This document shows positions 1 through 10,570 of a stretch of 37,932 bases of DNA, piece by piece (the first letter of the stretch is position 1; every line of letters begins with the position of its first letter). The DNA is from Chlorokybus atmophyticus (lineage: Eukaryota; Plantae; Mesostigma and Chlorokybus algae): contig RHPI01003491.1 in the NCBI GenBank assembly GCA_009103225.1, positions 301,385 to 339,316 of the forward strand, written 5' to 3'. Under the pieces are notes generated by a model. It was not told the origin of the DNA. It saw only the letters and a program-made list of their open reading frames with translations, and searched no databases. A program made the position numbers and the translations under genes.

Positions 1-1599
1 CCTGGAATATAGCGCAGCAACACTCCCGTCTCGCTTGTTATGTGAACGCCCAATCAAAAACACTAAGTCGCTGCCTTGTATCTGCAGGTTGGTTGGTTGA
101 GGTTTTGCTGTCTGCTGCTAGCTGCTCAAATGCCATTGCCTTGCACAACACATAGCAGCACTTAAGGTAGCAAGCAGGTGTCCCAATGCATAATACCAAT
201 TGCCTATGCTTGTTGTGCTTGTTCCGCCATGTATTTTTGCATATGCACGCAGTCATCTAATAGACTGCTTCATTCATACATCTCAAACTATGCCTTATAT
301 GCAAGCGCATATGGCAATTCACACCAGCCCCACACGCACACTCACCCACCCACTTAGAGGTTTGTTCACTAGAGCGCTTAGCTAGGGTGTAACAGCCCGG
401 GGCATTTTTTGTATTTTATTGTACATAAAGTACTTATTTTGCCTTTTTTGCTGGCTTGATGAGGGCTTTTATGAGCTTTATTAAGCCCATGTGGCGCCTG
501 CCCCTGCTGCCGCGCGCGACTCGCCTGCGACCTGCTCGACAGCAGCTAATTCGGCGACGTGACCCACCTGCCACGCGGTTGTGACACAGCCGCTGACTGG
601 ACACGCGCTGTGCAGTGCCAGGTGACGCGGACTGCACAGTCACACAGCCGCCGAAGGCCCAACGCGCGTGGCGGGGAGCCTGCACTTGGACCTGCCTTTA
701 GATTTGGTAGTGAATAATGAAATGCCTGTTAATTAGGCTATTTCTTCCTAGTGCTTGTATAAATAGAAAAACCCTGTGTAATGCAACCAACTTTGTTTTC
801 TGCTCTCTGCTGTGAGTATGCTGGTGCATGCTTGAGGGAGTTGTGGTCCAAGGCACACTGCTGCGTTCTTGCTTGGCGTGAGAAGTAGTAGCGTTCGTGT
901 GCGTGTGCGCGCTCGACGCGTGCGTGCGTGCGCGAGTGAAGGCAAGGTTCCGGTGTGAAGATTGTGCTCAGCTGCACACATGTGTTGTATGACTTGTGTG
1001 CTGTGTATGTGAGCACGAGCATCGTTACATAGGGGCTTAAACAATGCAAGTAGGTAAGTGCAAGACACGACTATAATGACAACGTACAGCCACTAGAAGA
1101 GGCCGCTGTACCTGCAGGCAGGGCGTGTGTCAGCGCTGGTTGTTGACGACGTGGGGGGACTGACAATTGCACCACAAGGATGGCAAGGATGATGACAACG
1201 CTTTCGCCCCCGCCGTCACCAACTGCATTAACGGCCTGTCTAGCATGTTCAGTGGCAACTTAAGTAGTCGTTTTGGGGTTGAGGTTGACGCGATTGAATT
1301 TGGCCATGTCCGAACTGAATGGCAATCATACAACACATTGTTAGTTTATGACAGCAAATAGCACCGTTTATTGATGTCGGTCTATGCAAGCATGTGCAGC
1401 TTGTTGCATGCATGGGGGCAATTATTTGCTCCCCACATGTCTGCACTCAGTGAGGCTCACCTACCTACCTGTGAGTTGATGTCGTTTTTATCGCTACCCG
1501 TTTGTGGATGCTGCCATCACATGTTGTGTGCACTGATTGAACTGCAGGCATATGTGCCTTCTGGACACGCCATTACATTATTATTGTTGGGTCTTACAC

Positions 1600-2440
1600 A
1601 TACGCACATGCAAATTGCCCAACAAAGCACGCAACGACTAGCCTTTTAAGACCACTGCCATTAGCCACTTCGTGAAATCAACAATGAAATGCTCCCTGCA
1701 TGTGTTGAGCCTGTTGTAGCGCAAACAGCGCCACCACCACGTTCATCTTCACTGAGTTTGCTATCTTGAACGGTGGATGGGGGGCCTTCCGTGCTTGTGG
1801 TTGCATACACCAATGTGGCAAACTTGTCATACACCTTCATGTCCAAGCCATCACCCGTTTTAAACACCAGCATGCTAAAAACCATAAGGCATTTTGTCTG
1901 CTGATGTGTGCATGACAAAGTTAGCATAGCTTGTGGATACATCCCACCACCCAATGCATCCGGGTGCAAGTACACAAAGACCGCAAGATCATACACATTA
2001 ACCACCAACAAGTCATCCACGTAGCGCACCACACAGTTTCAGGAATAGCGGACGGAGCAGCGGTGTTTTTGCACTGCTTATCTATAACAATTTACACGAC
2101 AACAAGACATCATTGGCAATACACCTACATTTGCCCGTTGAGATACCAATGGTTTATCGGTGAATCTCGTTGCTGGTTGTCTGCACATATAAGTTGTTCA
2201 TGACAATTAGCAAAATGGCATAAAGTGACTCACCTGTATATTGCTTTGTCTTGTTGCTGTTGTCGGTGTGAGAATTGTTGTTTTATGGAGCTGTCATGCG
2301 CGTGGGTATCGGTGGCGCAACGCATCATTTATTGAGGCTTTTGGGGTCATGAGTTAGGGCTGAGTTACGGTTGGCACATCGAGGTGTATCTCAGGTACTT
2401 TAGTAACAATCACATGTCATTTTTAATCGCTGGTTGTGCC
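1600..2440 (-). mobile_element. Degenerate Penelope-like (Naiad/Chlamys-type) reverse transcriptase remnant
   Basis: The minus strand gives MNNLYVQ...R*TIGISTGKCRCIAN (~2190-2110), resembling RT motif YRQxxGIPMG...LAN. After a stop and a frameshift come VRYVDD (~2029-2012) and LDMKVYDK, resembling FLDL..YDKR. Stops and frameshifts are present. Clade assignment is from recalled motifs, not a search. Confidence 0.6.
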
Positions 2441-2443
2441 TAT

Positions 2444-2803
2444 TGTAGGAGTTGTAAGGTGGTTATGGCAGCTAAAGTGGTAAAAACGGTTGTAGAGACA
2501 TGATAGGAGGGTATGTTAGCGTCCTTGACTTGTGTGGCAGCTAGTTGAGCGCAAGGCCCTTATTGGGAGTATACAGGTACATGGAGAGGCTTTAAGACTG
2601 GGTTGATCGTCACCTTGGTTGTATGCTTGCCTTGATTATGCACATGCTTGGATATGCTTGTGCGAAGTGTATGAGCGTGTGCCACACCCTGTGAACGGAC
2701 TTAGCCTCATCTCCCTGTGCATCACATGTCAATTGCAAGTATACAAGACTGTGCGTGAGTCTAGGTTGGCTAAGACACGCGCTTGTTACTTGCGCTCAAC
2801 TCA
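2444..2803 (+). mobile_element. Putative 5' LTR of the downstream gag element (TG...CA)
   Basis: Starts TGTAGG at 2444, where the RT remnant stops, and ends CA at 2803 just before a PBS-like sequence. No matching 3' LTR was found in the window. Confidence 0.35.
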
Positions 2804-2804
2804 T

Positions 2805-2815
2805 TGGTATAAAGG
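2805..2815 (+). promoter_or_regulatory. Degenerate tRNA-iMet primer-binding site
   Basis: TGGTATAAAGG versus canonical TGGTATCAGAG, located between the putative LTR end and gag. Confidence 0.35.
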
Positions 2816-3030
2816 TGTGCGGGTGTTTGTGGTTGCGGAGGACGTAGGAAGCCCGTGGAAACAAGGTCAGCTGGTCTGAAGGAGCTCAAAGTCCCCTTGG
2901 AGGAGAGAGAAGAGTTGCCTGAGAAGGAGGTGCCTACTTCCCCAAGCGAAGGAGTCTCCGAGGACGAGCCAGCCGATGGCAAGGAAGGCAACGAGGATTT
3001 GAAGAGGTTGAAGAGGAGGAGCCAGATCTG

Positions 3031-3729
3031 ATGGACACCTTGTTGAAGACGGAGATGGAGGGAGCGCTCACGCGTTTCAGCGGTCGGCCCGGCACATTGA
3101 AGCTACAAGACTTTAAGGATAGATTTGAGCGTCGCATGATCAACTGGTCGGCACGTGACAAGTCCTGGAATGAGCACAAAGCATTCAAGTTGATGCCCGA
3201 GTTCTTGGAGGATGTAGCTTTGGGCACATGCAGGGAGTACAAGAGGAAGTTGGAGGCACGAGAAGAGGTGTGTGGAGCTGATCATGGAGCTGAGTTTGAG
3301 AAGGAGTGGGCGAAGATGCAGCCCGTGAAGGAATTCATGGTGGTGTTGAAGTTGACGTATCCGCAATTGTCGCCGGCAATTCTGATGGAGCTGATGTACT
3401 TAAGCGCAAGGATGGTGACTCCACGCATGATGTACACGAGGATGGTGAAGTTGTTGGAGGACACGGAGCACGAGGTTGTGTCCAGCAAGATGGCCGCGGT
3501 GATGTACTTGCGTGCGTTGGAGGATGGCTTGAGGGAGGCGGTGCAGACCGTGTTGAGAGGAGCACATCAAGGCGCGAGCTACACGCTTCGTGACGTCTTC
3601 GTTGCAGCCGAGAACGCTCGATGGCAGCAAGAGTATGAGAGGAGCATTGGTTCTATGGCGGAGGGCATGGCGACGCAGCTGTTGGGAGCTATCAAGCGCA
3701 CCGATGCTGGTCGGCGCTACAGTCAGTAA
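3031..3729 (+). mobile_element. gag: Retrotransposon gag (capsid-like) ORF, degenerate
   Basis: 232-aa ORF with FSGRPGTLKLQDFKDRFE...W...LMPEFLEDVAL, typical of LTR-retrotransposon gag. An acidic N-terminal extension upstream is out of frame, and the ORF shifts frame before the zinc knuckle. Confidence 0.7.
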
Positions 3730-3808
3730 GTCAGCCCCAATGAGGAGTGTGATGGTTGCAAACGGTGTTCCCATGAGTGCACGGCATGAGGAGCAGCAAA
3801 CGGGAGTG

Positions 3809-3940
3809 TGCTGGAGGTGTGGAAAAGCCGGACACATAGCCAAGTACTGTGCAAAAAGGCACCTTGCACAAGGCGGCCTTATGTGTTCGTATCGTGGGAA
3901 GGCGGGCCATGATGACAATGCGTATTGGAGCAAGCATCCG
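3809..3940 (+). mobile_element. Gag nucleocapsid CCHC zinc knuckles (one intact, one degenerate)
   Basis: CWRCGKAGHIAKYC at 3809-3850 is an exact Cx2Cx4Hx4C. It is followed by CSYRGKAGHDDNAYWSKHP, a decayed second knuckle. Confidence 0.85.
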
Positions 3941-4854
3941 CATTTGCATGTGGAGGTGCTGAGCGGTAAGACGGTGACCAACCAAGCACATTCAGCTCAG
4001 GCGAGAAGCTCACAAAGCCATGCGGAGCTGGCGCTTGCAATCGAGGTGTCCACGCTTGTTGCCAATGTGGCGGATTTGAGGGCGGTGCTAGCGGGGGGCG
4101 CACGCAGTCGGAAGGCAAGCAAAAGGGTGTCCAACAGGAGAGAGAAGGATGATGAGGATGGAGGGGCATACGCGTACTTGGCGCATAGCGTGGCATTGTG
4201 CAGCCCAATGACGGCTACGGCAGCTATGGGGATTGCCCGCTGCACAAGGACATACGACGACGGTATCGCCATATATTGTGGACCCCCTTGCCTTGCATGG
4301 CATGCGAGGCAAGGGGGTCCACGTTGCAGCCTTGGAGGTTTGTTGCTGGGGGTCATGAGGAACCGTTTATACCAGCTGGTGCGCATCCACGCACGTTATC
4401 GCCAACTTCGACGGCGACGGCGGGAGGCCATGCGCCTGCGCCAGCTACGGAGGCGTCGGCATTGACATTGCCTTTGGTGAGTAGGTTCGTGAGGGTGGAG
4501 CAGCATGAAGGCATGCGTAAAGGTGTGAAGAATGATGTGGATGAGGGCAAGATGCTGTCCGCAAAGGGTTTGGCATGTTTGTTGAAGACGATGGACGCGC
4601 AAGTAAGCCCGACATATACGGGCGTCATGAAGGTGCCAATGGCGACGCATGCAGATGCAAGTGTAGTCCGTTAGATGGCGGAACCCTTCTCCACCAACCC
4701 ATGGTGACGCTGTAGGATGTCGGCTGCACTTTGGAGCGTTTGGAGTGCGTGTAGGGGCAGATGTTGAAGCCCGTGACAGCCAACGCAGCTACGCAAGTCA
4801 CTTTGGATTGCGAGGCAGATGTGAAGAGTGAAGAGGAGTTTGGGGCAGTCATTC

Positions 4855-4911
4855 ATGAAGAAAATGAAGAAAATGAGAGAAAATGAGAGAAAATGAAGAA
4901 AATGAGAGAAA
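4855..4911 (+). repeat. 9-10 bp minisatellite ATGA(G)AGAAA x6 inside the retroelement
   Basis: Direct reading: atgaagaaa/atgaagaaa/atgagagaaa/atgagagaaa/atgaagaaa/atgagagaaa. Confidence 0.9.
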
Positions 4912-4932
4912 ATAAGCTTTGTAGAGTGACCA

Positions 4933-5500
4933 ATGGTGGGCAAGAGCTGGAGGCAGTTACACATTGTGGAGGTAGCAAATGGCATGCACACGGAGGTGAT
5001 GGACGAGCCGGTGCAGCTGAACTTGTCGGCAGTGTTGTCGAGGCCGGCTGAGAGGCTTCATGTTGTTGCGACGGTGGCAACGGTGGACAACACACATGGT
5101 CTTGTCCAAATAATCGGTTACACACCGGAGCGCGTGCTCGTGGATACATGTGTGAAGTGGTGATACTTGGCGCGAGAGCGGCGGCGCGCATGGGGTTGCA
5201 GCCGAAGGATTGGGGACCATGTCTGTGGCATCTTAAAGACAATTGGAGGAGTGGTTAAGGCCGTGTTTGTAGTGACATTGGAGCCCGCACAGATCCAAGT
5301 GACTGTACATGGTGGAGGGCGAACCACTCATGGTGTTCATTGTCTTATCACCAAGAGGGGGAGCTATGATGTATCAGTGGAGCAGGAGTTCTTGTACCCG
5401 GTGGGAGGGGGAGTGGACAATTGGTTGGAGCATGGCTTTTTCAGACCGGGATGGGAGCATGGTGATGGTGTGAAGGCGTTCTTCCCGTGCAACGTCGCAA
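4933..5500 (+). mobile_element. Retrotransposon aspartic protease region, degenerate
   Basis: RVLVDTC (decayed D-T-G active site, ~5131-5151) followed by a stop at 5161, then YDVSVEQEFLYPVGGGVDNW..FRPGW, resembling the C-terminal half of Ty3/gypsy-type proteases. No RT, RNase H or integrase follows. Confidence 0.55.
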
Positions 5501-7030
5501 ATTGTTTCTCCTGCCGGCCGACTGCATATTGGCAACGGCTATGCACCTGAGGATACTCATTTAGACGTCGACCTTCAGTCTACCGGCAATCTCGATACAG
5601 GGACCTGAGCATAACGGCCGTTACCATTAGTCGACGGCCGTCTGCATAAAGGGACTGACCCTAATTAATAGGTACCTGTCACGTACTCAACAGTTAAGCA
5701 AAGGGTACTTGACCTAACTAACAGGTAACTGACCGGTACCTATCAGTTAGGTACCGGCAACTGTATGCTAACTGAGCAAAATTGTCAGGTACCTTAAGGT
5801 ACTTATCGTTAATGATGTGTACCTTTAAAAATACCTGCTGGTACCGCTCAGTCATGATTAGGTGTCACACGTGATTGTCATCATCAGCTGTGCAAGAAGG
5901 CGTGACAATAACGAAAAACAAAAAAATAAATACATCACAATGTAATATACTGAGCTATCACTACTACTGCTGGTACACCTAGACTACCACTACTGCTACC
6001 ACTACCACTACTGCTACTACTACCTTAGGTACTACTTCTAATATTACCCTTGTACTGAGCTGCGGCTCCTGCACCGCCCGCTCCAGCTCCGCCGCCGCCG
6101 TTCCTTCTCCGCCGCCGCTGCCGCCGCCTGGCCAGGTCTGGCCTAGCCTGGCCTGGCTTGGCCGCCCTAAGGCAAGGAGGGTGGTTAGATGGCATGCAGT
6201 GTTGCGCGTAGTACAACGTCAGACAGCAACCAAGCTCACCTACTGTTAGCCGCCGCCATCACCGCCGCCGCCGCCCATAACGCTCTATTCAACTTGAATC
6301 CGTTGAGCGTTTGAATAACTTGGGCAGCCCAAGTTATTCAAACGCTTTGTTGCAACGGCATTATCGTATTATTATAATGGTACAAAAGTACCATGTTACA
6401 TTGTCGTAATGGCATTATTGTACCATTAGTATGGTACGATAGTGCCATTGCAACAATGGCATTGTTCGTACCATTGACATAGTACGGCGGCTGCATTTTA
6501 CCAGCGTCTTGACTTGCCGACCGGTACAACCGTCTCGAATTGCCGACCTTTAGGGACCGGCGGTCACTTGCTTATTATACATGACACACAATAAGTAGGT
6601 CGCCGCCGCGTTACGTGCACGACCGGCGATCGGCCGTCATTGAATAAACGCGGTAAGGTCACCTGATAGGGACTAACGGTGACTGGCTTGCCAAAGTAGG
6701 CAGGCCGTCGCGCATACTTTTTGACGTTCAGGGTACGACGGACGGTCGGCCGTCACTGTATGTGACCAAAACGTGACTTAACTGCTATGCAGATAGGTCG
6801 CCATCACGCAAATGGGACGACCGACAATCGGCCGTCACTTTAAAGTGCAGTGTTGCCGTCACAGGCAGGCCGCCGTCGATTGTACTTATCGGTTAATCGC
6901 TTGCCGTCAGTATATGTTGCTTGATAGTAACGGCCGTCTTAAAAAGTCCCTTTATGGACCAATCCGTTACGTCAGATAGGGTCACGCAGGGTCAGGCACC
7001 TGTCAGTCCCTCGGTCCCTTGTCACTCACC
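5500..7030. repeat. Island of short motif arrays, possibly a non-autonomous DNA element
   Basis: GGTAC x7 in 5671-5844; alternating ATGGYA/TRCCAT x8 in 6377-6474; many GCCGTC/CGGCCG in 5616-5643 and 6631-6938. A 12-bp inverted pair CATAAAGGGACT (5645-5656) / AGTCCCTTTATG (6945-6956) lies near the ends. Confidence 0.5.
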
Positions 7031-7168
7031 GTGTAAAATTTGCGACGAAGTGAGAGAGGTTGAGGAGGCTCGAAGCGCGGGGGTGGACGGAAGCGATGAT
7101 GTATGTGGGTGAAGACGAGTGAGGAGGTCAGCTGGCAGCCTCTGGACGTGAACAACAAGTGAAGAGGG

Positions 7169-7581
7169 TGTGATGCGCGCTTGTGAGTGTAGTATCATGT
7201 GTATAAATATCATACTTATGCACCCCACTAGTGTACGGTACACTAGTAGAGCAGCTTGGGAAGGATCCCAAACTAGAACTTATGCATGGAGGAAGCTACA
7301 ACGTGCGAATGTGGAGAAGGTGCACTATTATGAGGTCATAACAATCTGGTGGACAATGTCCTCAAGCAACGACGGGACATGGCACGACATATGTGATGCG
7401 CGCTTGTTGTGAACGCCGTATCATGTGTATAAGTATGTACACTAGTGGGGTAGCTTTGAAAGGATCCTGAGCTTGAACCCATGCATGGAGGAAGCTACAA
7501 CGTGCGAAGGTGCAGCATCATGAGGTCATGACGAGCTGGTGGACGATATCCTCAAGCAACGACGGGATATAGCACGACATA
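7169..7581 (+). repeat. Diverged tandem duplication, units 7169-7391 and 7392-7581
   Basis: Both units start TGTGATGCGCGCTTGT, share ATGCATGGAGGAAGCTACAACGTGCGAA and TCCTCAAGCAACGACGGGA, and end GCACGACATA. Confidence 0.85.
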
Positions 7582-8353
7582 TATCTGTGTGTATACAAAT
7601 GTTGCTTCTGTAATTGTATCCGCAATACTAGTCCTTTGTGCTGATGGTTAGCCAATGCATGTTTGTGCATGACACATTATGATTCATAACCTTACATACA
7701 TGCGCGAGTAATTAAGCATGCGCTCCTCGCGGTCTACCAAGGCAAATCACGTTGCCAATAAAGCTATGAGCTCGCATCAGCCTGAGCGCGCACTACCTGT
7801 ACTTGCTGCAAGGTTCTATGTTTAAGAGCACCCGCATCCTTCGCCACCACCGCTGCCCCTGCCGCCCCTGCAGACGCTCACATCGCCGTCCCCACGCACA
7901 GTGCGTCGATAGCCTATTGCACCGACCAATGCTCAAAAGCGTCGATGGTCGGTGCACCTTTGTGAGGGTACTCCGGGCCTGGAAGTTTGCCAGAGCGGAA
8001 CCTTCCAGAATGGCACGTCAACTACGTCCACACTTCAAGTCAATCACAGCGCGACGCGTGTTGAGCAGTTATCAATCGGCACGGTACATGCACCGCGAAC
8101 CAGAAGCCTCCGTACCGTACTTTGGCCAACGTATCAAAGTACGTTAACAAGGGGCATAGGGGTACAGCTGTATATATATAAATATCACCACTGCGGCGCA
8201 CATGATGGACGACCTTTGCTTGCTACGGTCGCTGCTTGTTGGACTGCTGCGCTGTTGGACATCCTGAAGTAAGCACCCATATGTGCGTTGCGTGCGTGCA
8301 AGCAGTAGGCAGCCTTAGGCAAAAGTGCTGGGCTTCTCTCAAGCCTTACCGCC

Positions 8354-9926
8354 ATGTCATCTACTGCAAGGTAGTAGTGGTCTATGCATGGTCGTGTTGT
8401 AGGCTGCAACTCAGTATGAATGCTGCACGGGTGGTTTGCAATTGTCTGTTAATTGTTGCTATTTGAGCATCAGAATCACAGGCTTAAGGCCATTGCTCAG
8501 CTAATTGGGCATGCATTGTCGTCTTGCAGGTTTGAAGGCAAGGTGTTTCTGGTGACTGGCGCCAGCAGCGGCATTGGCGCCGTCACTGCAGAGCACCTCG
8601 CCAACCAGGGCGCCCACGTATGGATCGCCGCCCGCCGCAAAGACCGCTTGGAAGCCCTTAGAGACAAGATCAATGCCGCTGGCAAGGGCCAAGGTGAGCT
8701 GCAATGACTGCATGCAAACACCAAACAAGAACTGTGCTTGTGTATGCATTATGCATGTCGCTGTTACTGACTGAGAGGATTTCTGATTGTGAAATTGCAG
8801 CAACGGTCGCTGTATTGGACGTCACAGACTGGGCGCAGATCGAGAAGGTGGGTTACACATGCACCTGCATGAACAAGTGTTGAGACTCTGCATACACGCA
8901 TGCAAGCATTGCTGTTCTTCGTTCAGGTTGTGGCGGATATAGTGGATGCGCACGGCAAGCTGGATGGAGCCTTCAACAATGCAGGTATAGCATACAACGT
9001 CAGCTTGAAAATACGGATGGTTAGAGTTGCTTTGTAGTGTAGGCACTGCCCATGTGAATTTGCATGCAAGGCAAGCAGCAACTCAGCAGTTCAAATCGGG
9101 TCTGGTTGATACTGTCATACACATTGCAGGGTACGGCTCGCCTCCCAGCCCGCTTGTGGAAATGGACTTGAACGAGCTCGCAAAGACCTTCAACATCAAT
9201 ACGTTCAGCCAGGCAGCCTGCATGAAGGTGAGCAGAGGTGGCGTGCGGTTGTGGTAGACAGGGGCTTTGTGTAATGCACCATGACAGGATATGACACTGA
9301 CATCTAGTGTAGACACGCTACGCTAGATGTGAGTGTCAAGAATGTAAGAATGTAACGTGTTGTCATCAACTAGGCAGTGCCTTTGGGGAATAGGGCATTA
9401 ACATGTGCACTTGGTAGGCGGAGCTGAAGCAGATGTTGTCGCAAGGGTACGGCTCGATCGTTAACAACACAAGCATTATGGGCCACAAGGTGATGCAGTC
9501 AGGCAACACGGACTACCAGGCCAGCAAGGCTGCTCTCAACAGCTTCACCATTGGTGCGGCCATGGAGGTACGCACTGCATGCACAAAACACAAGCAGCCT
9601 TTGGGTGATTGTTATGTATTATGTAGTTCATTCTGAACTCTCACCTGCAGGCTGCAAGCAAGGGCGTACGTGTGAACGCCATTGCTCCTGGTCCCACAGC
9701 CCCATCAGAGATGCTCGACATGGCAGTCAAACGCCTGCAAGCTGTGAACCCCAACTTCAATGTGGTAGATGCGATGCGCAGCATGGTCCCACTTGGGAAA
9801 CTTGTTGAGAGCGAAGATGTTGCGGCTGCTGTGGCGTTCCTCTTCGATGACAAACTGGCCAAGTCCATCACAGGGCAGATCATCAGCGTTGATGGTGGCG
9901 CTGGTGTCAACTTCTTTGCAATGTGA
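8354..9926 (+). CDS. SDR1: classical short-chain dehydrogenase/reductase, 269 aa, 7 exons, intact
   Basis: Exons 8354-8370, 8530-8693, 8801-8847, 8927-8984, 9130-9227, 9418-9567, 9651-9926 (810 nt, all GT-AG). Motifs TGASSGIG, NNAG, catalytic S, YQASK, VNAIAPG, ITGQIISVDGG. ARR after beta2 indicates NADP(H) preference. Confidence 0.93.
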
Positions 9927-10225
9927 AGTGCTGCAGTTTTGCAGTGCACTTGTATAGCGATGATGTTGTCATCAGTGGTGATTAGAGTAGACAATGTCGT
10001 TGTTGCGCGTGTTCATAAAGGTTGCAATAAATGGCATGAAGTTTGTGCCTTGTTTCAACTGGTGGAAGGTGCATTGTGCGCAATGAATTGAGTAGCTTGC
10101 TGTAGCGTGCCACAAAGAAGAACACTTGTTCTCTTCAAGCAGGTACCAAGGCGTGTGCTTGATGTGCTTTACATTATATAATTCTCCTGTTGAACTGCAA
10201 CCATGCCAGAAAACGCTGCCCCCCC

Positions 10226-10570
10226 NNNNNNNNNNNNNNNNNNNNNNNNNNNNNNNNNNNNNNNNNNNNNNNNNNNNNNNNNNNNNNNNNNNNNNNNNNN
10301 NNNNNNNNNNNNNNNNNNNNNNNNNNNNNNNNNNNNNNNNNNNNNNNNNNNNNNNNNNNNNNNNNNNNNNNNNNNNNNNNNNNNNNNNNNNNNNNNNNNN
10401 NNNNNNNNNNNNNNNNNNNNNNNNNNNNNNNNNNNNNNNNNNNNNNNNNNNNNNNNNNNNNNNNNNNNNNNNNNNNNNNNNNNNNNNNNNNNNNNNNNNN
10501 NNNNNNNNNNNNNNNNNNNNNNNNNNNNNNNNNNNNNNNNNNNNNNNNNNNNNNNNNNNNNNNNNNNNNN
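10226..10570. other. Assembly gap (345 N) flanked by C-runs
   Basis: Direct reading. Confidence 0.99.

Noticed and set aside
430-720. Hammerhead ribozyme expected in Penelope-like terminal repeats (TTGATGAG at ~457)
   Set aside because: No CTGANGA plus GAAA core with compatible stems found on either strand by eye.
1130-1450. Possible GIY-YIG endonuclease remnant downstream of the RT fossil
   Set aside because: Only vague Cys spacing and a W..SP..VN similarity; too degenerate to support.
5950-6025. (ACT/ACC/GCT)n low-complexity tract, and CAG/CTG runs near 11410 and 34415
   Set aside because: Ordinary short microsatellites.
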